Shown here: one piece after another, positions 20,198 through 28,222 of the stretch | Layout: each line of letters starts with the position of its first letter | Numbering within the stretch: position 1 is the first letter of the stretch | IMG/VR virus record: IMGVR_UViG_3300028048_003162 | DNA: 57,812 nt | Reading direction: 5' to 3' (one strand) | From: an uncultured virus (IMG/VR IMGVR_UViG_3300028048_003162) | Lineage: Duplodnaviria > Heunggongvirae > Uroviricota > Caudoviricetes | The notes under the pieces: generated by a model | Seen by the model: the letters and a program-made list of their open reading frames with translations, nothing else | What the model was told of the DNA's origin: nothing | The model's database searches: none | Made by a program: the position numbers and the translations under genes

Positions 20198-22558
20198 ATG
20201 GCGAATAACAATGGAAGACATATTGGTGGACTTAGTTTTATGGGAGCAAGCAAGGGTGCAAACGATGCATTACTTGAGGCAGCTAACCTTTGCATTGATA
20301 ATTGCTGTGAAGGGCTTGAGCCAGTTGAATTCTTCATTGCTTTATTAGATAAGACAAAGTTAGGTAAAAAGATCTTGAAAGATTCAGGAAAGACAAAGGA
20401 TGATTTCCTGTTTGCATTTGAAGGTTTAGCAGCAGCTGGTGAGTACGGATATATGGACTATGGCAATGATGGCAGTAAGGTAGATCCACAGAGATTACTG
20501 ACACCTACAATTATGAGTTTCATTGCTCCATTAGTACTTCAGTCTCAAATGTCTGGTCAAGGCAAGGGTTTTACTTGTGATGATGCAATGGATGGTTTCT
20601 TTGAGACAGATGAAGAAACAGGTAAGGTTGAGGAAATCGATGAAGGCATCGAAAAACTGCTTGACATGGTTGGTTACAGCTATGAAAAAGTGGCTGCAAT
20701 GGTAAATAAGGAGTTCACCATTCCTGCTGAATTAAAACCATATGTTACATATCTGAATACATCAACTAAAGTGACAGATGGCACCTTTACAAATATGGGT
20801 GACATTGTAAAACAGATGATTGAGATCCTTGGAAGAAAGAGAAAGAGTAATCCTTGTTTAGTAGGATACCCTGGAGTTGGTAAGACAACAGGTGTTTATG
20901 CATATACTCAGTATGTTGTAGACAATAAAATTGATCAGCATATCTGTGCTTTGAATATGGGTACCCTTGTAGCAAATACAAAGTACAGGGGAGAATTTGA
21001 AGAGCGCATGCAGAAAATTATCAAGTGGGCTTCAAATAGTAACATTGTACTGTTTATGGACGAGATTCATACATTAACATCATGCAATTCAGGCAGTAAT
21101 TCAGCATCTGCATCTGATATGATTAAAGGAGCATTAGCAGATGGGGAGATCAAGGTAATTGGTGCAACTACACCAGTTGAGTTTCATAAGAGCATTGAGA
21201 AAGATACAGCTCTTAAGAGAAGATTTCAGAGGGTAGAGTTTAAGGAGCCTTCAGTAGAGGAGGCAATCACTATTGTTAAGGCAGCAGTACCTGAATATGC
21301 AGGATTTCATCATGTAGGAATTAGCAATGGCATTGCTGAGCAGGTGGTTAAGCTTTCAGTTAAGTATATTAAGTCAGAGTATTTACCTGATAAAGCATTG
21401 ACAATCTTGGATCAGGCAGCTAGTCATGCTAAGCAGGATAAAAGTAAGTATGCAGTAACTGAAGATGATGTGCTTTATGTAATCAGCAAGAATACAGGGG
21501 TTGCAGTTGAGAAATTAAACAGTGACCAGAGTAAGAGACTGATTAGACTTGAGGGAATTTTGAAAAAGAACATTATTGGTCAGGACACAGCAGTTGAAGT
21601 TGTGAGCAAGGCAGTAAGAAGAGGAAAGGTTGGCATTAGAGAGAATGCTAAACCGATCGCTTCATTTATGTTTGTTGGACCTACAGGAGTAGGTAAGACA
21701 GAGATCTGTAAGGTTTTAAGTAATGAACTTGGTTTAGGACGGAATAGCTTTATCAAGATTGATATGTCAGAGTATTCAACAGAGACATCAGTGACAAAGT
21801 TGATTGGTTCTGATCCTGGTTACGTAGGATATGAAAGTGGTGGCATCTTAACAGAGAAAGTTAAGCAGAATCCTTACAGTATTGTGCTTCTTGATGAAAT
21901 TGAGAAAGCGCATCCTAAGGTGTTTAGCATGTTGTTACAGTTGTTAGACGAGGGAAAAATGACAGATAATACAGGTGTAGAGGTTGACTTTACAAACTGT
22001 ATTGTGGTTATGACATCAAATGCTGGTTATGGAGCATCTGGTTGCAAGCCTTTAGGGTTTGGGGCAGCATCTGAAGAAAAAGATCCTGCAAGAGAAGCAG
22101 AGGACAGAGCACGTGAGGCATTAAAACTGACATTTGCTCCTGAGTTCCTTAACAGAATCGACAACATTGTTGTGTTTAACAGCTTAACAAAAGAGAATTG
22201 CAAGAGCATTAGTAAATTGTTACTGGACAAGCTGGCAAAGAGAATGTCAGAGGATAAAAATATGGTTCTGACATTCGATAATTCAGTAGCGACAGCAGTA
22301 AATGAAGCTGGATACAGTGAGAAATATGGTGCTCGTAATATTAAGAGAGCAATTCAGGACATTGTTGAAGATGGAATTACAGATGCAATTCTTGATGGTA
22401 CCTTGTATGATGGATGCATTGCATCAATTAAATACAATAAGACAAGTAAGAAAATCAAGGTTACAGATAATACACCTGAAACAGTAAAAGAGACTGGAAC
22501 AGCATCAGGAAATAAAGGTGTAAGCAGTGAAGATATTTTAGTACCTATTCTTCAGTAA
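20198..22558 (+). CDS. Clp/Hsp100 ATPase with two AAA+ domains, ClpP-docking LGF loop, no middle domain
   Basis: GYPGVGKT/LFMDEIH; GPTGVGKTE/LLDEIEKAHP; YLPDKA; PLGFG; PEFLNRID; YGARNIKR. Confidence 0.92.
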   Translation: MANNNGRHIGGLSFMGASKGANDALLEAANLCIDNCCEGLEPVEFFIALLDKTKLGKKILKDSGKTKDDFLFAFEGLAAAGEYGYMDYGNDGSKVDPQRLLTPTIMSFIAPLVLQSQMSGQGKGFTCDDAMDGFFETDEETGKVEEIDEGIEKLLDMVGYSYEKVAAMVNKEFTIPAELKPYVTYLNTSTKVTDGTFTNMGDIVKQMIEILGRKRKSNPCLVGYPGVGKTTGVYAYTQYVVDNKIDQHICALNMGTLVANTKYRGEFEERMQKIIKWASNSNIVLFMDEIHTLTSCNSGSNSASASDMIKGALADGEIKVIGATTPVEFHKSIEKDTALKRRFQRVEFKEPSVEEAITIVKAAVPEYAGFHHVGISNGIAEQVVKLSVKYIKSEYLPDKALTILDQAASHAKQDKSKYAVTEDDVLYVISKNTGVAVEKLNSDQSKRLIRLEGILKKNIIGQDTAVEVVSKAVRRGKVGIRENAKPIASFMFVGPTGVGKTEICKVLSNELGLGRNSFIKIDMSEYSTETSVTKLIGSDPGYVGYESGGILTEKVKQNPYSIVLLDEIEKAHPKVFSMLLQLLDEGKMTDNTGVEVDFTNCIVVMTSNAGYGASGCKPLGFGAASEEKDPAREAEDRAREALKLTFAPEFLNRIDNIVVFNSLTKENCKSISKLLLDKLAKRMSEDKNMVLTFDNSVATAVNEAGYSEKYGARNIKRAIQDIVEDGITDAILDGTLYDGCIASIKYNKTSKKIKVTDNTPETVKETGTASGNKGVSSEDILVPILQ

Positions 22559-22600
22559 AACAGACAGGGCAGATATAGAGGATTGGCACTAGTAAAGAGG

Positions 22601-22642
22601 ATTGGCTATGTAGGTGTAACTGACTTACATAGCCAATAAAAA
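22601..22642. terminator. Hairpin, possible terminator (U-tract on the minus strand)
   Basis: ATTGGCTATGTA/TACATAGCCAAT stem followed by AAAAA. Confidence 0.55.
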
Positions 22643-22680
22643 TTAGTACATAGGAATTAAGAAATGGAGGACATGGTAAA

Positions 22681-23181
22681 TTGGCAAAGATTTTAGTTTG
22701 TGGCTCATACAAAATTGTTGGGATACCTGCAGAGGTAGAGAGATGGCTTGAGGAATATACAAAGCAAGGTCATGAGTTTATTGTTGGAGGCAGTAGTGCT
22801 TTAGATAATGCATTGCATCGAACATTATCTGGAGTAGGGGCAGCTGATAAGACAACAGTGTATTGTATGGGATATGCAAGGTATAATAAGTTTAACTTCA
22901 AGGTAAGGGAGTTTGATACAGTATATGATGCAGAAAAGAAACAGGCAATAATTACAGAGCATGGTAATTCAGAGACATTACCATATGTAATTGATGATGT
23001 TAACATTGAGGCTGATGTACAGAACAATAGAGAGTGGTATGAATACTTGAACAATAAGATGATTAACGATTGTGATGCAGCTATCGTCCTGTATGATGGA
23101 GAGAGCAAGACACTTAAAAACATGATGCAGAAGATTAACATTAAGAATAAGCCTTGTTATACTTTTACTTTACAGGTGTAA
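22681..23181 (+). CDS. SLOG/YspA-like Rossmannoid protein
   Basis: ILVCGS, FIVGG..ALD, MINDCDAAIVLYDGESK...KNKP. Confidence 0.55.
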   Translation: MAKILVCGSYKIVGIPAEVERWLEEYTKQGHEFIVGGSSALDNALHRTLSGVGAADKTTVYCMGYARYNKFNFKVREFDTVYDAEKKQAIITEHGNSETLPYVIDDVNIEADVQNNREWYEYLNNKMINDCDAAIVLYDGESKTLKNMMQKINIKNKPCYTFTLQV

Positions 23182-23184
23182 GAA

Positions 23185-24078
23185 ATGAGAATTGGCAATG
23201 GAGTTGTAGGAGCTGCACAGCTTTATGAGTCTATGCAGTTGCTAAAGACAGAGTTTGACAATATAATATTAGTAAACCCATTGGAACAGAGCGAGATAGG
23301 CGTTACTGAATATGGTTTACAGGATTTGAATAGGTGTTGCACTGAAACATGTCCTTTGGCAAATGATAAAGTTGGTTGCATTTGCAAAAGTTGTTTATCA
23401 GCAAAGGAGAACAGATGTAGATACATTTATGATAAAACTAATGCATATCTTGTAATTGCTAAACCCATTAAAATGAGGTACAAGGAATATGCACTGGTGA
23501 TGATTATGAGACTTAATCCTGCATTTCAATTTGGTGGTAATACAGAGAGTGAAGCGATTGAGAGCATCACTAAACTAAGCAGTAGCTTGGTACTTGATCC
23601 TCTGACAAAGATTTTCAACAGGCAATACCTTATGGAAAATGTACAATACATGCTAGAGTTTTGTCTAAAACAGAATAAACCAATGTGTTTAGCATGTATT
23701 GACATTGATAACTTTAAGAGGTTTAATGATACATATGGGCATGAGTTTGGAGACAAAGTATTAAAGAGTGTTGCAGACAACATGGTTAAATGTACAACTA
23801 GTTTAGAGGATGCATACAACATCAGAATTGGTGGTGATGAGTTTGTCATTGTTGGTGTGAATGTTGACAAACAAAGGTTTAAGGCAGTCATGAACAAATT
23901 GTGCATTACAGTTGATAATACTAAACTTCCATATGGTAAAGAGATGGTAAGCATTAAGATAAGTGTAGGAGTCAGTGAGTTATTATCCGATAGACTTTCA
24001 AGTTATAAAGAGCTTTATAATAAAGCAGATGGGCAGTTGTATAAGGCTAAAGAGGCAGGTAAGGGTTGTGTAAGATAG
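23185..24078 (+). CDS. Diguanylate cyclase (GGDEF) with Cys-rich N-terminal region
   Basis: DPLTKIFNR, DIDNFKRFNDTYGHEFGD, RIGGDEF, ADGQLYKAKEAGK. Confidence 0.93.
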   Translation: MRIGNGVVGAAQLYESMQLLKTEFDNIILVNPLEQSEIGVTEYGLQDLNRCCTETCPLANDKVGCICKSCLSAKENRCRYIYDKTNAYLVIAKPIKMRYKEYALVMIMRLNPAFQFGGNTESEAIESITKLSSSLVLDPLTKIFNRQYLMENVQYMLEFCLKQNKPMCLACIDIDNFKRFNDTYGHEFGDKVLKSVADNMVKCTTSLEDAYNIRIGGDEFVIVGVNVDKQRFKAVMNKLCITVDNTKLPYGKEMVSIKISVGVSELLSDRLSSYKELYNKADGQLYKAKEAGKGCVR

Positions 24079-24079
24079 C

Positions 24080-24685
24080 ATGGGAAATGAAAAATGCAAG
24101 CATAATGTGATATTTATTGACATAGATGGAGTGTTAAATTCACTTGAGTTTCATAACAGAGACAGGTCAAAGAAAAAGCTATTTGACAGGGAGTGTGTTG
24201 AGAGACTTGCAGAAATAGTAAGGGAGTTAAATTGTTTAGTGGTTCTTGCATCAACTTGGATAGTACTTAACACTAAAGAAAAAGTGGAGAGATGCACTAG
24301 ACAAGAAGATGGTGTGAAAAGTTCAAGTGCTATGTACTTTAAGTTATTGAATGAACTTCAGTCTGTAGGAATTGGGCTTTATGATCAGATAGAGGATGAG
24401 CATATAAGACCAATAGGAATCAATGACTGGTTGATAGAAAACATTGAGATTGTAAAGAATTACGTTATAATAGATGATGATTACAGATTCAATGATTATG
24501 CTAGCATAGGGAATGGCTTAGAGAGTCATTTAGTTTCAACAGAGTATTTTTGTGATGTGCCTGGTGGAATACAGAATGAGCATATGGTTAAAATAAGGGG
24601 CATACTGAATAATTGGGAATTACATTTGGACTTAGAGGCTTGGCAAAAGCGGTTTAAGAGTTTGCAAAGAAAAATAGACAAGTAA
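24080..24685 (+). CDS. HAD domain protein (Swiss-Army-knife RNA-repair-like)
   Basis: FIDIDGVLNS, VVLASTW, INDWL, YVIIDDD. Confidence 0.8.
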   Translation: MGNEKCKHNVIFIDIDGVLNSLEFHNRDRSKKKLFDRECVERLAEIVRELNCLVVLASTWIVLNTKEKVERCTRQEDGVKSSSAMYFKLLNELQSVGIGLYDQIEDEHIRPIGINDWLIENIEIVKNYVIIDDDYRFNDYASIGNGLESHLVSTEYFCDVPGGIQNEHMVKIRGILNNWELHLDLEAWQKRFKSLQRKIDK

Positions 24686-24749
24686 ACAACAAGATAGTAA
24701 GTAGAGCAGTGTAAAAGTAAAAGTCAAACCATAGGAAGAGGGAAATGGC

Positions 24750-25553
24750 ATGATATATTTAGTTCAGAAAGAAAATAATGAACTTACATTAGATGAACAT
24801 ATCATAGTAGATTTACTTAAACAGCATAAATATCAGTTTGAGTGGCAACTAAATAGTTTAGCTGGTATTGAGAAAATGAGTCAAGAGCAGTTGGAGTGTG
24901 TAGTACCCATTGGAACAATTCAGTTTGTCACTAAAGTACTGAACATTGGACATGGGTTTATTAAGGAAAATCCTGTTGAAATACCTAAGTATTTAAGAAC
25001 AGACAGATACTTAAAACGTGATTACAAGATAGTTAAGGGGAGTGAACTACCTAGGACAGGATATTACTTTATTAAAAACGCAAGTACACTAAAGGACTTT
25101 AGTTACTTGGGGCAGTTAGACTATTTCTTGTTTGATGAGATGTTTTACAATAAAGGACAAGAAGATGCAGCTAAATGTAATGATTACACATTGAAGATAT
25201 GCAATGATGACTTATTTGTAGTAAGTTCGAACTTCAATCCTCAAGCAGAATACAGGGTATATGTGGTAGATAACAAGATTATTAACATTGGAAATTATGA
25301 TGGAAATATTTGTGAATTTCCACCTGACTTTCAGCTAATAAAAGATGCAGTGAGCGAAATAAGAGATCATGAGGAATGGTTAAAGAGTTATACATTGGAT
25401 ATCATGGTCAATATGACTGGTACAGCTATTATTGAGATTCATAACCTTACGAGTTGTGGTTTATATGCAACTGTGTTTGGTTCAGAGTTACTTTATGGCT
25501 ATAAGCAGGGCATTGATTATTTGTTAAATGACAATCATTTATTGGAGGTATAA
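24750..25553 (+). CDS. ATP-grasp domain protein (DUF4343/R2K-like)
   Basis: PIGTIQFV, YLKR, FIK, EYRVYV, YTLDI, IIEIH..TSCGLY. Confidence 0.75.
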   Translation: MIYLVQKENNELTLDEHIIVDLLKQHKYQFEWQLNSLAGIEKMSQEQLECVVPIGTIQFVTKVLNIGHGFIKENPVEIPKYLRTDRYLKRDYKIVKGSELPRTGYYFIKNASTLKDFSYLGQLDYFLFDEMFYNKGQEDAAKCNDYTLKICNDDLFVVSSNFNPQAEYRVYVVDNKIINIGNYDGNICEFPPDFQLIKDAVSEIRDHEEWLKSYTLDIMVNMTGTAIIEIHNLTSCGLYATVFGSELLYGYKQGIDYLLNDNHLLEV

Positions 25554-25557
25554 GGAA

Positions 25558-26367
25558 ATGAGACCTAGTGAGGTATTAAGTAAGGTCATTGATAATGATT
25601 GGTTACTTGAAGAAATGGATAGGGTACAGGAGTCAGGCAAGCATGAGTTTTCAGTAAGTGAACTTTCAACACTGGTTTGGCAGAGCTTCAAGAGCATCAA
25701 AGAGAAGAAAGAAGCATTAAGAGATTTGGAAAAGACATTGGATAAGTCTGATGTAAGTAGAACAATGATACCTTTATTTAAGGCATTGGATGAAGCAGAG
25801 GCAGCTATTAAGGGAAATAAAAGTAATGTTTGTTTGCTGTTTGACATTTTAGATAATGGATGTACAGAGGAAGACGATGAAGACAGCATAAAAACATATG
25901 TTAGAGCAGCTAAGGATATTGATACATTTAGGAAAGTGGTAAGTAAGTACACTGAAGTTTCAGGAAGCTTAAGATGTGTAGATTTAACTACATCTGATGT
26001 ATTGTATGATATTTTTGTTAATGAAGATGGGCAGGTAATTGGCATTTCAAGTGATGAATTGGATGCACTTGAAATTGTAAATACAAGTATTGACTGGTCA
26101 ATTATATTCAATGTAGGAGACACAATCAAGTTTGTAGATAATAAAGATGATACATTTGTGGTTTGTGATGCAAGCAATAAGGCAGGAAAGAACAGACTCT
26201 ATGTAATAGATGATGGGTACATAAATAAGCATTTATCAACCGAAGAATTAAATAAACAGATTGAAGCAGCACTATCAGATGGAGAGAACAGTGAGTGGTC
26301 ATTATACTCAAGAATATTAGGGGAGAGCATGTTAATAGGAAAAGTTACATCTTTTGTAAAAGAGTAA
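25558..26367 (+). CDS. Hypothetical protein
   Basis: Long ORF with GGAGG/AAGGA RBS before ATG 25558. Confidence 0.7.
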   Translation: MRPSEVLSKVIDNDWLLEEMDRVQESGKHEFSVSELSTLVWQSFKSIKEKKEALRDLEKTLDKSDVSRTMIPLFKALDEAEAAIKGNKSNVCLLFDILDNGCTEEDDEDSIKTYVRAAKDIDTFRKVVSKYTEVSGSLRCVDLTTSDVLYDIFVNEDGQVIGISSDELDALEIVNTSIDWSIIFNVGDTIKFVDNKDDTFVVCDASNKAGKNRLYVIDDGYINKHLSTEELNKQIEAALSDGENSEWSLYSRILGESMLIGKVTSFVKE

Positions 26368-26464
26368 ACATTAAATTTGACAGAATGGTGTTTAGATGTT
26401 AAAATAGTATTTGTAAGTGAGAGAGATATTAAAGAAAAGTTAAAAAAATAAATGAAATTGTTTA

Positions 26465-26493
26465 TTGACTTTTCTGGAAGGAAATGGTATAAT
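26465..26493 (+). promoter_or_regulatory. Sigma-A type promoter for the tRNA-Gln/ncRNA/tmRNA unit
   Basis: TTGACT-N17-TATAAT with extended TG. Confidence 0.75.
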
Positions 26494-26570
26494 AAATAAT
26501 GTTGAGAGAGATAAGTGATAGACATTAAGAAATGTAAGGAGCATATCTAATCAACATAATGTTAAGGTTT

Positions 26571-26643
26571 TGGGCATTCGCCAAGTGGTAAGGCACGGGA
26601 TTTTGATTCCCGCATTACGTTGGTTCGAATCCGACATGCCCAG
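26571..26643 (+). tRNA. tRNA-Gln (TTG)
   Basis: TGGGCAT/ATGCCCA acceptor; CGGGA-TT-TTG-AT-TCCCG anticodon arm; TTCGAAT T-loop. Confidence 0.93.
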
Positions 26644-26711
26644 TTCCGGGGAGGGATAAACCGTTAAGACAACCTGCCTGGTATGGAACAAAGTGTTCCA
26701 TTTAAAATTTA

Positions 26712-27400
26712 TATGTTGCATTTTGGAAGTGATTGAGCAGGATAACGCGAGCTTTTAGCATGAACGTTGTTTGTAGCAAGGCAAATGTACATAGTACGTT
26801 TAAGAGATCACCGACTGCATTGATTGGCGAGTTGAGGATGCAGGGCTTGACAAGGGTAGTCAAGTCGAATATGAATGGATGCGGCGTAGGAGGCGGTTGG
26901 CAATTCCGAGTTGAGGATATGCTTAGGATGCGCCTCAGCCGGTCCGTGAGATGAACTCGTGTGAACCCGCATGGGCGTGATGTAGTGACCAAGGGAGATG
27001 ACATTGTTGCAGGATAACAGTGTTAGCTACATCATGTAATTAAAGCTTGGCGCAGCTATGATGCGATAAGTACATAGAGGGCAACATGAGTGACTTAGCA
27101 TTAAGTCATTTAGCATTGTTGATGTGTCGTATGTGGAGAGGTAAGGCGACAAAGTTAATATCCAATACGCGTTAAGGGTATTCGCGACTACATTGATCTT
27201 CAACTGAGGCAGAGAGGTTTGTTGGGATTGGTTCACACAATTATGCAGGTGGGCACCATTTCGGATCATTGGTGTCATTGAAGGATAAGCCGGCATCGCA
27301 GAGGCAGGCAGGCAGTAGATGAAAGGTGCGAACTTAAGGTAGTGATCAGGTGAGTCACTAGTGTAGGTTGGAGTAATCATTGTAGATTTAATGAAATGTT
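26712..27400 (+). ncRNA. Large ornate structured ncRNA (ROOL/GOLLD-class candidate)
   Basis: ~690 nt, GC-richer than the flanks, no credible ORF, more than 12 helices including a 5'/3' closing stem, located directly after a tRNA. Confidence 0.72.
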
Positions 27401-27414
27401 TGGAGGAAAGTGAA

Positions 27415-27546
27415 ATGAACAAAGAAGCAAAGATTGCATTAGCAGAGAACAGACTCGCTAATCTTCAGGGAAGTCCTAAGAACATCAAGTGTCCTGGAGT
27501 AGCACGTAAGGTAGCACGTCAGTTGCGTAACCTTAAGAAGGACTAA
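27415..27546 (+). CDS. 43-aa basic small protein (not in ORF track)
   Basis: GGAGG RBS at 27402; MNKEAKIALAENRLANLQGSPKNIKCPGVARKVARQLRNLKKD. Confidence 0.7.
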   Translation: MNKEAKIALAENRLANLQGSPKNIKCPGVARKVARQLRNLKKD

Positions 27547-27673
27547 TACATAGAACTTGTAGGTAACAATTATTAGAAGTTAGACCTGGTTGAGAGGTTG
27601 AACTACTCATTCATTACTTCTAGTGACAAGGAAAACCTTGGGTTAAACCTTCAAAAATAAAACAATAAAACAT

Positions 27674-28040
27674 GGGCTAGCTCTGGTTTCGACAGGGGCT
27701 TGAAAGCAAAATACGACAGCAAGGGTGGATTCCCTTAACAGCCAAACAAAAATAAATGCTGACGAAAAATTAGCAATGGTTGCCTAGTTTATTCTGGGTT
27801 TAACCCTCTTAGCTGATAGAAGCCATAGGTATTCAGTAAGAGTTAAGAACGATTGGCATTGTTGTTGATTCACAGATTCTCAGAACGCATTGACGGCATG
27901 AAAGAGTGAGATGTCTTATGTTAAATGCTTTAGGTAGCATAGTCAGTAAGAGGAAGGCTTTGACAAATACCGAGAGATTGCTGTAGTGATGTATTTGTAA
28001 GTACAGTTTTTGGATAGGGGTTCGACTCCCCTCTAGTCCA
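27674..28040 (+). ncRNA. ssrA: tmRNA; tag peptide (A)ADEKLAMVA
   Basis: GGGCTAG/CTAGTCC-A acceptor with G3-U70; GGTTTCGAC 5' motif; GGGGTTCGACTCCCC T arm; tag ORF 27758-27787 after ATAAAT. Confidence 0.93.
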
Positions 28041-28102
28041 CTGGGCACCATTCAGAGGAATGGCTGTCCTGATTTCCCAATTTTCACATTAAACTCAATC
28101 TT

Positions 28103-28151
28103 AAGGAAAAGGAGGTGCACATTATTGAAATGTGTGCCTCCTTTTTCTTTT
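28103..28151 (+). terminator. Intrinsic terminator after tmRNA
   Basis: AAAAGGAGGTGCACAT/ATGTGTGCCTCCTTTT + T tract. Confidence 0.85.
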
Positions 28152-28222
28152 ATAGGGAATATACATAATCATTAACATTGATATTACTTAAATAAAATTT
28201 TATTTTTATTTAGGAGATAGAT

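Noticed and set aside
26733..26954. 73-aa + strand ORF (and minus ORFs 26702..27004, 27027..27422)
   Set aside because: Codon use unlike the element's genes and no good RBS; the region is better explained as structured RNA
26712..27400. Group I/II intron or rRNA fragment
   Set aside because: No interrupted host gene, no recognisable domain V or P7 core, and no rRNA signature by eye; a cmscan is still needed
27402..27412. RNase P RNA signature (GAGGAAAGT)
   Set aside because: Reads GAGGAAAGTG rather than GAGGAAAGTCC, serves as the RBS of the 43-aa ORF, and no matching 3' P4 strand is seen
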